A stretch of 64,000 nucleotides of DNA. It comes from the human T2T-CHM13v2.0 reference genome, Homo sapiens. The notes under the pieces were generated by a model that was not told where the DNA came from, ran no database searches, and was given only the letters and a program-made list of their open reading frames with translations. How positions within the stretch are numbered: the stretch's first letter is position 1; each line of letters starts with the position of its first letter. Both the position numbers and the translations under genes were made by a program. Shown piece after piece: positions 12,870 to 28,619 of the stretch. Location of the stretch: NCBI RefSeq assembly GCF_009914755.1, contig NC_060929.1, one strand, 5' to 3'.

Positions 12870-13100
12870 CAAATTAACTAGACTGGCAACATCCCTAGAG
12901 CTGTGCTTTATTGAAAATTGCATTAGCTTTGTAACCTTTGGCAAATTATTTAATGTCTTGGGATCTATTTCCTTATCTGTGAGATGTGGGTAATAAACAC
13001 ACATGACTCATCTACAGAGCACTGTGTAAAAATATTTTAAAAAATGGTTCTCCATCAGTTGAAAAATATTATAGAGATGATCAATGTTATTATTTCCCTG
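12870..13100 (+). mobile_element. MIR SINE
   Basis: Core 'ttagctttgtaacctttggcaaattatttaatgtcttgggatctatttccttatctgtgagatgtgggtaataa'. Confidence 0.65.
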
Positions 13101-14329
13101 AAACAGGACTTTGGAAACAGAAAATAAGGCTAGCAGCAAAAGTATTCCATCATTTTTACTATGTAATGATTTACTGTGCCTAGGTTACTTAATAGGTTAA
13201 ATTTGCATAGAAAACTTACTGCTTTTTCATTATTACTTGCCCAGTTTACTGATAGCATACTCTATAATATCCCATTAAAATAATTATCAGTTGAGATATT
13301 TAATTTAAATTATACCTATGGATGCACTCTTGCCAACCCTAAAGCAAATTTCCCATGAATGTACCCAAAGTTATGAGTTAAAGGACTCTCTTAATTGGCC
13401 TTATACATTCATATGATACGACCAGTATGTGTGTAGCAATAAAAGCTGCAATAGCCCTTAGGACACCCCGCCATGACAAGCAGCCTTGGTAAGCAATAAA
13501 GATTCAAGGATAACATTATGAATCAGATTTCAAAGTATATGCACACAATGAGAAAGCAAAGCATAGAACATATTTTTATTTGTACATGTAAAAATAGTTC
13601 CTGATAATAAAAATGTCACCATATGATATTGCAGGGAATACTTCAACTCACTGCTCCTAGAGGGATTCACAACACTCTAACTAGAGGTTTTCATTCTCTG
13701 TGGATTTCAAAATGCAAATTGATTTGATTTTCCTGGTTTAGAGAAACATAATATGTTCCTGCTGTCCCATGAGATTCTTCAGATTTCCTTGACTGAAGGC
13801 AAAGTACTTATTAATACTTACGCGTAAGTGCCTCCAGGGTCATACTAAAAGCACAAAAGCTCGCTGAGATCCATTGAATAATTTTTAGAATCACCTGGAA
13901 TTTTAAATTTTCAAGATTAAATACTATAAAATATATTTTATTTTTGAAACCAACCAAAATTACCATTATGTTTTAATTCCTATTTTTCAATTGTTCATAA
14001 AAACAAGAATCTAAAATTGCATCATAAATCCTTACTTCAAAGTACTTGCACTAAAATTATACCCACTATTGAAGGTAATATTTGGAATACCATATTTAAA
14101 ATACAGAAGGAAATATTTTGTAGATGTAGGAAGACAATGAAAACCAACCCTTTATCACAATCAAACTGAAAAGCTTTCAGTCAGAATAATACTATCTAAC
14201 AAACGTATGTGGTACACAGACTACATGTCATGAACCAGACAGGGCTGCTGCAATAAGTAACATAAAAAAAAAAAAGAAAACACTTTTTCCCCTTTTGGAA
14301 GGGAATTTTGGAAGGGAATACTACAAGGA

Positions 14330-15050
14330 AGTTTGATAAGTTCTGCAATGTTCATAAGTAACAGTTGCTGTAGAAATAAATGCAGTGTCTGAAGATAGCT
14401 GAACAGGGGAGGATTTAGGTATGGGCATATGTGCGAAAGACTTCTGTGGAGGAAATACTTTTGACTTACTAGATATTTTGTCAGGGCTTTGCCAGGGGAC
14501 ATATGCAAAGAAACGTAGGTGAGAGAGAATGTAGCATGATGAGGAAAGTACAGGTAGTGAAAAAAGGCTTGCCTAAAGATGGAGATAGCAGGAATGACAG
14601 GTGAATAAAAAACATGAACTCCTTCTGTAACATACTACGAAGTTAGAGATTTTTTTTCACTGTATAGTGGAAGCCATTTTAATATTTAAGTGTAATTTCA
14701 AAGCAGTCTCCTAGAGAGATTTTTCTGACACCAGTGCGGCTAAAAGCAGAGACAGGGAAGCCAAATCACGGAGAGGAAAACATCTCTCGAGAAGCACGGA
14801 GATGAGAGGACTCAGTCATAAATGCGTACAGTGGAAAAGTGGTTTTCCTTTGTGATTCATCTCATGTGACAGAAAAAGAACAGAGAAATGTATGTGCACA
14901 CTCCAATTTCAGACTTGTGTAACTGGGTGGCTGCTGTGAAAAAGCACAAATGTAGAAATACAGGCAGCAGATGACCTTATGGGATAAGATGGACTATAAT
15001 ATAGAGATTGGCTTAAGATATATTGAAATAAGGAATTGTCACATAGTTAA
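14330..15050 (-). mobile_element. Diverged L2 fragment
   Basis: 'catactacgaagttagagattttt...tagtggaagccattttaatattt', 'ctccaatttcagacttgtgtaactgggtgg'. Confidence 0.5.
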
Positions 15051-16188
15051 AGATTTCAATCTCCATCCAGTCCTTGAATAGCCCCAAATTTCAAGCATTT
15101 TAAGTATTTTCAAAGTTAAGCAGGCTCGTAGAAATTTAGGATGTTCAGTTAGGAGTTTAGGGTAGAATCGATTTCCACTGTTGTTTGAATGATGCTGGTT
15201 AAATCGTATAACCTTAATACTATAAAGACAGGAACTCGCAATTGTTGCAGGGTCTTATGAACTGCACTCTGACACAACTGAAGACAAATCTAGTTGCATC
15301 TTTACCTGAAAAATAAGAAGAGAGACCCACTGAGACAGCCAGCTAGTTGTCTCCTTCTGGCCACGTCTTCTATAATAACATACATTTTAGTAGAGTGTGT
15401 GACCATCTAGGCAAAACAAAAGTTCCCAGGTTCCCACACAGATGTGCACGACCTTATAAACGGAATAAGAGCAGAAATGATATATTTACTTTCCAGGTCA
15501 CACCGAATAGAATGTGCACTTCCAAGTGGGAGGCAAAGAGGCAATTTGAAACACAAGATCTAAGCCACAATTTGATGATAAAAAGCAAACGCCTAGACAG
15601 TCTTGGTCCTCAACAACATGGAGGGGCCAATCACAAACTGCTGATTTGCAGACTGTGAATATGAATGAAATATACTTCAAATTGGTTAAGACATTTTCAG
15701 TTTCTCTTGCTATCCCAACACATGCATAGGAAATGCTCTGAGGTCAGTTTAAATATGTGCAGAAGATACTGCCTAATTATTATCCACTTAGAAATTGAAG
15801 ACAACTATGGCAAGCATGTTGAGTTAGCTTTTCACAAACAAGCACTTAACTTCTATGCCTTTGACGAGAATAAATGAAGCTCAGATGTTCAGCAAAACAG
15901 TTTGGGCATGGGCACAAGCCAAATAAAGTTCCCGTTATCTGAACTAAGATTAAGACAGTGTGCTGAAAGACAATGTAATTGCAGTCATATCTTATATTTA
16001 ATCCTTATTATTTACTTGTGCTGTTGGTTTCATGATAAGCTAAACCTAGGCTGTCCGAGAATGAAAAATAATAATCAATATTAAATCAAAAATTGATAAC
16101 TCATCAGACACTTTATATTTCAAAATAGGAGGTAATCTTTATGTGTAAAAATAAAAATTAAACATGGTTATGCCATACCCAGTGAATA

Positions 16189-17268
16189 TTTTTATTTTTA
16201 TTATTTTTAAAAATTTTGTGGATGCCTAGTGGGTGTATATATTTATGTGTATTTATCAAAGTATACATGAGATACTTTGATACAGGCATGTAATGTGAAA
16301 TAAACACATCATGGAGAATGGGGTATCCATCACCTCCAGCATTTATCCTTTGAGTTAAAATGAATCCAATTACATTGAGTTATTTTAAAATATGCAATTA
16401 TTATTGACTATAATCACCGTATTGTGCTATCAAATAGTAAGTTTATTCATTCTCTCTATTTTTGGACCCATTAATGATCCCCATCTCTCCACAATCCCTC
16501 ACTATCCTTTCCAGCCTCTAGTAACCATCCTTCTGCTCTCTATGTCCATGAGTTCAATTGTTTCGATTCTTAGATTGCACAAATAAGTGAGAACATGCAA
16601 TGTTTGTCCATCTGTGCCTGGCTTATTTCACTTCACATAATGATCTCCAGCTCCACCCATGTGGTTGCCAATGACAGGATTTCATTCTTTTTTATGGATA
16701 AATAGTAGTCCATTGTGTATACGTACAAAATCTCTTGACAAAAGATTAATAACCAGAATATATAAGGAGCTCAACAACTCCATAGGAAAAAAAATCTAAT
16801 AATCCAATAAAAAATGGGCAAAATATTTGAATAGATATTTCTCAAGAGAAGATATACGAACGGCAAACAGGGATATAAAAAGATGCTCAACATCATTAAT
16901 CATCAGAAATGCAAATTAAAACTACAATGGGATATCATCTTACCCCAGTTAAAATGGCTTACATTCAAAAGACAGGCAATAACAAATGCTGACAAGGATG
17001 TGGAGAAAAGGGAACACTCGTACACTGTTGGTGGGAATGTAAATTAGTCCAACTACTGTGGAGAACAGTTTGGAGCTTCCTCAGAAAACGAAAAATTGAG
17101 CTACCATATGATCCAGCAATCTCACTGCTGGGTATATACCCAAAAGAAAGGAAATCCAGTCTATCAAAGAGATATCTGCACTCCTATGTTTGTTGAAGCA
17201 CTGTTCATACTAGCTAAGACTTGGAAGCAACCTAAGTGTCCATCAACAAAGGAACAGATAAAAAAATT
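16189..17268 (-). mobile_element. L1MA (MA2-like) with 5' inversion: antisense 3' end ~16189-16730, sense ORF2 piece ~16736-17268
   Basis: 'tttgatacaggcatgtaatgtgaaataaacacatcatggagaatggggtatccatc' 3' UTR; sense ORF2 C-terminal peptide [29 protein letters not shown]; candidate TSD CAGTGAA.. at 16180 and 17269. Confidence 0.85.
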
Positions 17269-17741
17269 CAGTGAAAAAAATTTTCTAATTTTATTACTTA
17301 CAACATTTATAATAACTAAGATACTCAAGCCTTATAGAAGTTAAAAGCTAAAATTTACAAAAATTTCCTCATTTTCACCTTAAAAAGATTTGAGGCAATG
17401 TAGTATTATTTTAAATATGAGAAAACTGAGTTCGAAAAAGTTTAATTTAATATATAATCCTATCATCACTGTGCTATTCTTCTTCACATTTACCATATCT
17501 AAGGTATGTTGATCATTTACTACATACCAGTAACTATGTGTTCTTTTCATATTTCACCTTATCGAATATTCATTGTTTTACAGGTGGAAAGGAACATTTC
17601 AGTGGGGCCTGTGGTTACCAGTTTCATTTGCTATGAAATCCTTACTGTTTGAAATAAAACTTTGTGCATTTAACCACTATTCTACATAATGAATATAGTT
17701 GTTCGTAAATAAAATTTTAACAAATGGAAAAGATGCACTTA

Positions 17742-18065
<324 letters not shown>

Positions 18066-20931
18066 TCAAGCATGTTTTACAGTATCATATCTGCAGTTAT
18101 TAGCTATTAAGTATTAATTAGTAAAATGATCAGGGGAAGTCTAATTCATTATGGAAAATCAAGGATGGATAATTAGAGAGTGCTGTGGGATATCCAATAA
18201 TAAGACAGTTCTTTGAGTGCCTGTACAAAACTCAGGTATTCATAGAGGTTGAGAGAGCCAAACTTATTCCCTTAACTTCTAAATAATCTCCCTCTGCAGC
18301 CCTAAATGCTAAATAAAAGTTCCAATTTAATCTCTTAATACGAAGTCATGGTAATTCCTGTAATTGAAATAGTATCTGGAGAATATGATACTTTACAAGA
18401 ATTTTAGACATTAAAACTTTTCTCAAAATAATTTGAGTAATTATTTTTTTGCCTAGAAGAATCCTGAACAAACTAACACAGTAATGAGATTCGTATGTTG
18501 TCAGATGATAAAAAGGAAGGTTCTAGACATGTCTAGTGTCATTTTTCAAAATCATCTTATGCTCCAGTTTGTCTGATGCATATGGCATCCCAAAGTAGTA
18601 TATGATTCAGGTACAAGGTAGCTGAAATGGTTTCCTTTTATTTGCCATTATTCAAATAAGGATATTAAGAGTTTCAGTGCTCTTTCTATAGGTGACACAC
18701 ATACAACACACACACACATTATGATATATGTGTGTGTTTGCCTGTAAACATATATTTTATTGTTTTTTCAATGCAAAATTGTATATATTTTTAAGCTGCC
18801 ATATTGTGCAATCTCTGCCTTGTGAACTGAAATTGAAATCTGTGTTCACAATCAATGTCATCTTCAAGCTTCTCTTTCCTGGCAAGAGGTAGTTTTCCTC
18901 AGCACTGCTTCATTTGTGCTCTCCCCATCAGTGGTTTCTGCTGCCTCTGACTTCATCTGTGTGCCAGCAATATAACAAGATGCAGTGACAGAAATGTATA
19001 GCCCATTTGTCTGTAGTATATTTTTCTGTTCAAAATCCAACAGGTCAGAGCATCTAAGTGTCAATTCCAAGATAAATATTTTCATGAAGTAGCCAGAGTT
19101 CCAACTTTATGCTTTATATTTCTACTGGTATTAGGAAGGGTGAGTCATATTGCTTAGTTCCAAAAATAGCTACAAGATTGAAATAACTTTACAAATCATA
19201 GAGCCCATGTTTTTGAAACTCAAGATTATACTCTCACTCATTTCCACAGCCATCCTTGTGGCTTGTAGTTTCCAGATTCATTTATTTTTTAATCTTTATT
19301 ATTTTCCTATAAATAATGACATAGAGCCAGGTAAGATTATTATTATAAGAGTTTAGTCAACTTCCAATAGATCAGAAGACAAAGCTATGTTTCATGTAAA
19401 TTTAATGTAGTGCTTTTAATGTTAACTGTAGGAACAAGTGTAATGTTAGAAGTCAAAGAGTGGAAAACTAACAAGACTCATTTTCTTGGCTCATTAATTT
19501 TGCAATGCAGTTGTACTTGGATTGTTCATAAAGATGCCTAAGAGCACCAGATACTTTTTCAAAACCACAGGGCAGGGGTTGTTCATCTTTTATACTTTCC
19601 ACCTAGAAAAAACTTTGTATGAATATATTATATGTATTGATGATAGTTTTTTTTTACCTTTAACAGATCTATGGAACTGACAGAAAATAGAAGGTTTGCT
19701 TCACATACTGATGAGGTACTTTGCATCCAAAGAAACTTCATATCAAAAACCAATAGGTAGGTAAGAATTTTAAGATTAGTGAGGTTTCCAAATTCTATAG
19801 GATTATTAGATGATAAAAAAATTAGAAAAATAAAGTACACTCCATTCAGGAATAAGCTAATGTGATGTAAATTATGTCAAAATATGTATGTATAAATGAA
19901 TAAAAGTGTTACTCATATACAAACGGGTCCATATTCAAAATATACTCTCATCAAAAAAATTCTTTAAACATAAATATTTAAGAGTTGGATTTCTTTCATA
20001 GCTGGAATGTGCCTTTAACCAACATTTATTAAACTTCTACATGGGGCCAATATTGTGGCACATTGATAGTAAAAATAGTTAATAAAGTGTAATATCTGTC
20101 CTTGCGAATTTTGGTACCAAACTGCATGAAGAACAGAGGATGCAGAGATCAAAGTATGCATGCTAAAGTCATGGAGGAGAAAATGCTATGGGAACAAAAA
20201 GAAAAGAGAACTTTACAAAAAGATCCTTTACTTCACTTATACCAGTCAAGATTTTGGGCTTGCTACTCACTCACTCCAGGCTGTCAAAATCTCCATAGGA
20301 GTGTCATATAGTACAAAGTTTGAATTTTCTGGTCTGCTGTTTTTGGCGGGATCACAATCCTTAGTTCTCAGCATTTTTATTTACTAATTCAAATTATCAT
20401 AACTGATGTACATAGTTAAGTATTGAAAAGGCTCATGGGAATACTTAAAATGTGACACACCATAGGCAGCCACTAAGTCCATTAAACAATTATTGAATAT
20501 CTAATCTATGTCTGGATGAAGGGATATTGAACCCATTAAAAACAGACTGAAGCTATGTGAAATGAATCTCACTTACAGATTCAAAAACACAGAGTGTTGT
20601 TTGGTAGCCAGATTCTTGATGTCACTCATCCTTAGAAACCTATGCATAGCCTGTTGAGCCACAGATCACAAATGCTTGACTGAGTGAGTCGGATTATGAG
20701 AAGCTCAAATCAAGGGTTAGCCATTAAAAAAACCCCAGATGACACAGATTTAAATGAAACAATTAAAACCTGAGTTCATTGAGCTACAGCCTCAGTAAGT
20801 ATATTAAATACAGCCTGGTAATTGGACCAAGAAAGAACTCACTAAGGGGGACCAAGTGAATACTACAGATAAAGAGGGCTCATGAAGCAGGCTAATTGTC
20901 TGGAATCGCATAAATTATCTTCAATAGATAG

Positions 20932-21328
<397 letters not shown>

Positions 21329-21993
21329 AGATCTTCCTGTTAATGGGGAAAAGGATCCCAAGCAAATCTCAAGCAATGGGTACAGTTTGAATACATGTTA
21401 ATGTAAATATAAGTTATTATTGCAAGTGGGCATGGCTGGAACGGTCAAGAACTTACATAACTGTCTTTATTGTCAGTCTCTAATTTCAGCCAGGGAAGAA
21501 CTAAAGACAGAAATTGGGAGGAGAGACAAGTTTTATTGCACAAGCTGGGTTCACTTGCACACCCCTTGAAACTATTTCAATACTGCAGTAGGAAGCTCAA
21601 GTTCCAGATGCTTGAAGGTTTTCTAGAAAACCAAAACCTTTTCATTTTTAAGATATCTTGTATGTCCCCTGAAAACATCAAGCAAAATTCCCCCATAATT
21701 TACATATAACAATAGAAGTGTTTCACATTAGTTGTGAGAAAATTGCTCATACCAAGACTGAGTGTTCTAATATTGCAATTAAAACACTGGATTGGAAATG
21801 TTAAATAATCTCTGTGTAACTACTGAGTTGTACCATGGCATGGGATTTATGATAGTCAAGAATCATTATAGAATTGATAATGATTTGACCAAATACAGTA
21901 GTTTTTTTAAAAATTTTTGTATTTTTGGTGGTTAATTTTTTAAATGTGGCTTTCTAAGTGTCCGCTCAAATTACCACCCATCCTCTAATTTTT

Positions 21994-22170
21994 ATATATA
22001 TATATGTGTGTGTGTGTGTATGTATATGTATATACACGTGTCCATATATGAAGCTATACATATATACATATATATACATATATATAGCTATACATATACA
22101 CATATACATATATATAGCTGCATATATATATACACACACACACACATATGCATCTATGAAGCTATGTATA
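21994..22170. repeat. Compound (TA)n/(TG)n/(CA)n microsatellite
   Basis: Directly visible; TATGAAGCTAT occurs twice within it. Confidence 0.9.
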
Positions 22171-22202
22171 TCTTCACAGTCCTCTCTCTTGCCTTTAGCT
22201 TA

Positions 22203-22526
<324 letters not shown>

Positions 22527-23945
22527 ATATTTTCTTAATGCCTCACTTGCCGGTCAAAATGTCAGCTACCCACTGTTCTACTTTTTATTTAATACTGACT
22601 TGTCATCTCCATCTGGATTTCAAACCTTTCAGAATGTGTACTAAGCTGGCATGACTTTATTTTGTATATATAGTGCTTTACACTATTTTTAGCACAAGTA
22701 GGCAATTGATAGCCAAAATTTTGATTGATATAAATGTGGAGTTCAATTTTTCAGAAACCTTCTGCAGCTTTATAGGATCTATGACCTATTCGATCTTCCC
22801 ATAAATAAATAGGACTGTTCACATAATATGACACTCACTTAGAATGTTATTACATCAGCTTTTAAAGTCCATGCAAATATTCTTCTTTGCATAGCTATTT
22901 GTTACATACGATCATTCTCTAATTTTATGGCACCACCATCTTATATGATTGAGGTATTATCCAATGCACTTTTAAAACGTAATACTTTACTATATTAACA
23001 AAATCATTGTAAATAATGTAAATATTTTGCACAATGATTTAATTCTAGAATACCTCATTTACCTATTTCATAGTTCAGAGATTAAAACATATGCTTTACT
23101 TCAACTAGATGCCTTGCGATATTAACCACATAACCTGACCAGATATTTAAATATACACTAACACAAACAGACAAAATTAATTTCAAATGCATGTGGGTTT
23201 TCTATTTAGTCATAAACTTTACTTGAATAAGCTAGTGAAACATATTGTAAAAGAAATGAAGTAGTTTTTGACAGGAAATAGTTTATTACTTTAATTTACT
23301 CAAAAAAATAGTGCAATATATAAATGAGAAGAGTAATATAAAAAGAAAAAAATGTGGAATGATATTTTATGAGCCCTTGGCTGATACTTGTCAGAAGAAT
23401 AGAAGAATAAAATGAAAAGAAATATATAAATACAAAGTTTTGTCGATTGATTATTTTAACCTAAATATTAATATTTAGCTTCAAATGGACTCTCAAAAGT
23501 TTTTTTGGAGTTATCTTCTGGATATTAATCCAGTAGCACTCACTTTAACATAACAATGCCTGAAATAGAAGAAATATCTTTATGAAATTTATTATAAAAT
23601 ATTAAATAATTATTCATCAAGGGTTACAAAAGAAGGCTGAAAACCATAATTGTAATGAACCTCCACCTTCCATTAAAAGCTAACATTCCACAAAAATCAT
23701 GTTGTCCAATGCACGTGCAACCACAATGTTAACACGTCATAAAGATAACATGGGATGATTCTGATGATTTCTGAGGCTCTTGCCCAAGTCTGCATTTTCA
23801 GGCCTCTGCTAGTCAACAAAGGTGGTTTCTCCTTAGAGAATTAATGAATAACTGAATCAATTATCTTATGTTCTGGCAGTGTGTGTCTTATGCTTATGGC
23901 TGGAAGTGTTTGTTTTACCCTTAAGCCTGATTTTGCTTATGTTGA

Positions 23946-24520
23946 TGTTGGGGTGATCAGACCCAACACTAGGTCTTGGGGGCGATGAAGTCCAGTGGAG
24001 TCAAAGGATTGAGAAAAAGACAGTTTGAGAAGTAAAGTGGGACCAGGGTGCCATCGTGATTGTGGAGGCTGCAAAGGCCCTGAGCTCTGAGAGCTCATGC
24101 TATTTATTGGTAATCCAACAAAGAAACAGGTGGTGAGAATGTGGAGGTCGAAAGGGAGCGTTGCATTAAGCACATGATTTACAGCTGTGGTGGTTTAGCA
24201 TTTGCTCTGCTACTTGATAATGGAGAGCAGGTTCTTTTAACTCGAAGATAAAATGGATCCTGGGAGAGCAAGGAGCAAGTCTAGACACATTCCAGAGCCA
24301 CGAGCCCTGGATTCTATCCAAGCCACGAGGGATTTTATGCCCTGGGCTTAGATGATGGTGCGTCAGGGTAGCCTTCCACCATTTAGCACAGAGCTTAGTG
24401 TTCCAAAGGCCACAAGGGGTTTTAGACCCTGGTCCCCAGACGTGTTCCAAGACTCCTTTACATTATGTCAGACATGCAGGCCCTGACTCAGCTTCTCCCA
24501 ACTCTCAGCTTTTACCAACA
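23946..24520 (-). mobile_element. MER9 solo LTR (HERV-K HML-3 / HERVK9)
   Basis: TG...CA termini; 'gagccctggattctatccaagccacgagggattttatgccctgggcttag' motif; perfect 6-bp TSD TGTTGA (23940-23945, 24521-24526), the length typical of betaretroviruses. Confidence 0.9.
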
Positions 24521-24922
24521 TGTTGATAAATGAGATTTTGCATTCTCCTGAAACACAGTCTCTATCTGTGGTAAACATACAGACTTCAAGAACTCAGCCA
24601 TATCTGATTTTTCTTTCCTACTGGTTTCCTAGTAATATTATATTTTCTTTCTCCCATCAATTGAAGGAAGGAGTGTCATATGATTACTTTGGGCCAATGA
24701 ATTTTGAGTAGAAATAATGTGCTTCAAATTCAGGCCAGAGCACTGAATTGCTGGTGCCTAATCCTTCACTGCCCTCTTCCCACTGCCTCAGTGATTAGAA
24801 ATTCACATAATACAGAGAGTGGACCCAGTCCCCAAGATGATCACAGTTTCAGTAAACCAGTGCTCCTGGTGACTTTGAACACAAGATGTCTCACTCATGA
24901 ACACATGCACAATGAGTATGTA

Positions 24923-24945
24923 ACACACACACACACACACACACA
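24923..24945. repeat. (CA)n microsatellite
   Basis: Directly visible. Confidence 0.9.
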
Positions 24946-26331
24946 ATCTTTTCTGGCTTAGCCACAGGTATTTTAAAGTGAGTTTATTATTCTAATATTC
25001 CAACACAGTCTACTCTAGCTTAATACCTTCCCTTAAAACTATATGGTAGCCAAATAACTCCGTTTTTCCTTATTCCCTATACCAGAAAACCTACATAATA
25101 TTTCTGACATGTTAGACTGACGTCCCTTCGTGCTTTTTTATTCTTCTTTCTCATATCCATCACCCTTGAGTTTGGAGATGATCATAAGAATTGGGTTGTT
25201 TGCTTAGAAACTGATAACTATTGATGAATTTTCTGGGTGCAGCCTAGGTGCTTAACTTGTATTACTGCCATTTTTATTTGGCCTAATAATCTGCTCTTTA
25301 TTCTTTACCAGACTCCTTTAGAATATCATTCAAATATCCCAACTACAACATTTTTGATAAGATTCGTTACCTACAAACATCCTTTCAGTTGCCATATTCC
25401 TTATTGCCTAAATTTTTTTTAACAATGATTACAGTCATGTGTTTTCTCCACATTTTGATTCTACTCTGGGTTTATGTAAATAGTAAGCAATTTAAACATT
25501 TATTATGATACAAAACAACATTTGTTTTTATGAGCAGTTCATCCATCAAGTAAATTGTGTGATTGGATTTAACTTTTTTTTACTTATTTTTCCTGTTCTT
25601 TTTCTTTTATTTTAACATAAATTAATTGAGTGAGCAATAATTGAAAAGTCAAAATTTTGGAAACAAGACGTGGTTAAAATTCAGCATTTTGAAGGTAATG
25701 CAAGCTTATCTACAAAAAATAAGTGCAGTCAGTTTTGTTATAATATTTGCTTTGTAAATGTGACTGTGTTGCAAAACAATATACCAGGAAACAATGCAAA
25801 CACCATGTGAATTGCAAGTTTGCTTATGTGCAATTTTGCCTGCAAGAAACATCAGGTGAGCCCAGAAAACTACACTCACCTGGACAGAGCCACATAAGAA
25901 TACATCAAACACACATATGCACATATCCCAAACAAATACCAGTGACTTAAGTTCCCTGCATCTTATGAGCTCACCCACTCACATCTGGTATCATCTATTC
26001 AGTCCAAATCAGATGACTCTCCTTCCATGACTTCCAATAACTCACAAATTGTAATCTTTCTTATGCAGAGTTCTGTGAGTCAACTTCAGACCTTTTTCAA
26101 GGTCAAGCCACATTTATTTTATACACACACACACACACACATACACATATATATATATATACAATTTATTAGGTTAAAAAAAGTGTTATTATGTTCTACA
26201 TTTTTATTTTATATGTTACCAAGGAAGTTTTGAGGGTGGTGCTCCCAACCTCCCTTTCTTCTCGTAAGTCTGTGGTTTTATTATGCAATTATACATAGCA
26301 TGGTAATTTTTAAAGAACTCCTATAGCATGC

Positions 26332-27020
<689 letters not shown>

Positions 27021-27059
27021 CATACTATAGCAAAAAAGTTGGTACTGGGACTAACAATG

Positions 27060-27145
27060 AAATGAGCAGGAGCTGAGAAGAGACGGATTCTAGCAGCCTA
27101 TTCTGGCACTTATTCTAAGGGGAATGTGCAATAATGTAACTGTAT
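27060..27145 (+). mobile_element. MIR 5' fragment
   Basis: 'gaagagacggattctagcagcctattctggcacttatt' resembles MIR 'gacctgggttctagtcctggctctgccacttact'. Confidence 0.45.
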
Positions 27146-28145
27146 ACACAGGGGAGAGTCACTAAAATAAATCACTGTAGTACACATCAAACGATGTGAG
27201 AGCACTGTGTGGTACTGAAAGCAGACAATCCCAGTGTGCAACTACTTGAAACAGAAGTTGGCTCGATTCAGAATTGCAAGCAAAAGACATTGAAGAAGCT
27301 GTCACACACACAAGCATAGTCCTCGGATCTTTCTGATAATCACAAATTGAAGAATGGCATTCACATACATGACCCAAATGTTTCCAGTACCAAGGTAGTT
27401 CTTTCAGTACACTGCAAATACTAAAAGCAAATATTAACTAATTAAATATATGCTAGAAATTAGGAGAAAACCTGCTGGTGTACATTCTGAAAAACAATGT
27501 GTTAAAACTATGAAAGCTGGACATTTGTATATACTAATTCTTCATGATATGGGAACGTATATGAATATAGATTTAGTCATAGTTAGCATAGTGCTAGATG
27601 CTGATTAGTATAAATTTTTAAAGCCATATTATATTACATATGTCAAATAAAAACAGAATTATAGCTTAGCAACATATTTACCAACATTAACATATTTTTT
27701 ATGCTGCTGAGCTATACTTGCAGATATGTCTCCACTTTTTTTTAGTCAGCATGTGTATGTGTGTGTCTGTGTGTGGTATTTATTTTGGCTTATGCATTCC
27801 ATGCTAAATCCCGTTCTGAGCACCATATTATCTGTAAAGCAGTATCTTTTTGAAATTTTCTTAGAATTCACCAAGAAAAATTGCTTCAGTACTGATTCTC
27901 TTTTTCTTTGTATGTTTTGCTATGGAAGGAAATTTAAGAATTTTTATAATACATAAGTCAGCTCTTAGATATTGATATGGAATTACATGTGTATTAAGTG
28001 TAGTTATATTTGCAATTGAATTTAATCCAATAATTCAATTTAGGTATCATGAATTATTATATTTATCACACACATTTGAATACAAAAACTGAGAGGAAAA
28101 GCATCTATAGAGAATGTACTAAAATTAATACATGCAATATTATTG

Positions 28146-28503
<358 letters not shown>

Positions 28504-28619
28504 TTAAATAAAAATGCAGTTTATATGAAATAATAAAGTCCTATTCACGTTTCAAACATAATACTTCTTTTTGCTTTACTGATTAACACCATTCTTTTAG
28601 AAATTAATTGTCAATATCC

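Noticed and set aside
18864-19085. 73-aa ORF as a possible exon or pseudogene
   Set aside because: No recognisable protein similarity or convincing splice sites; the length is expected by chance.
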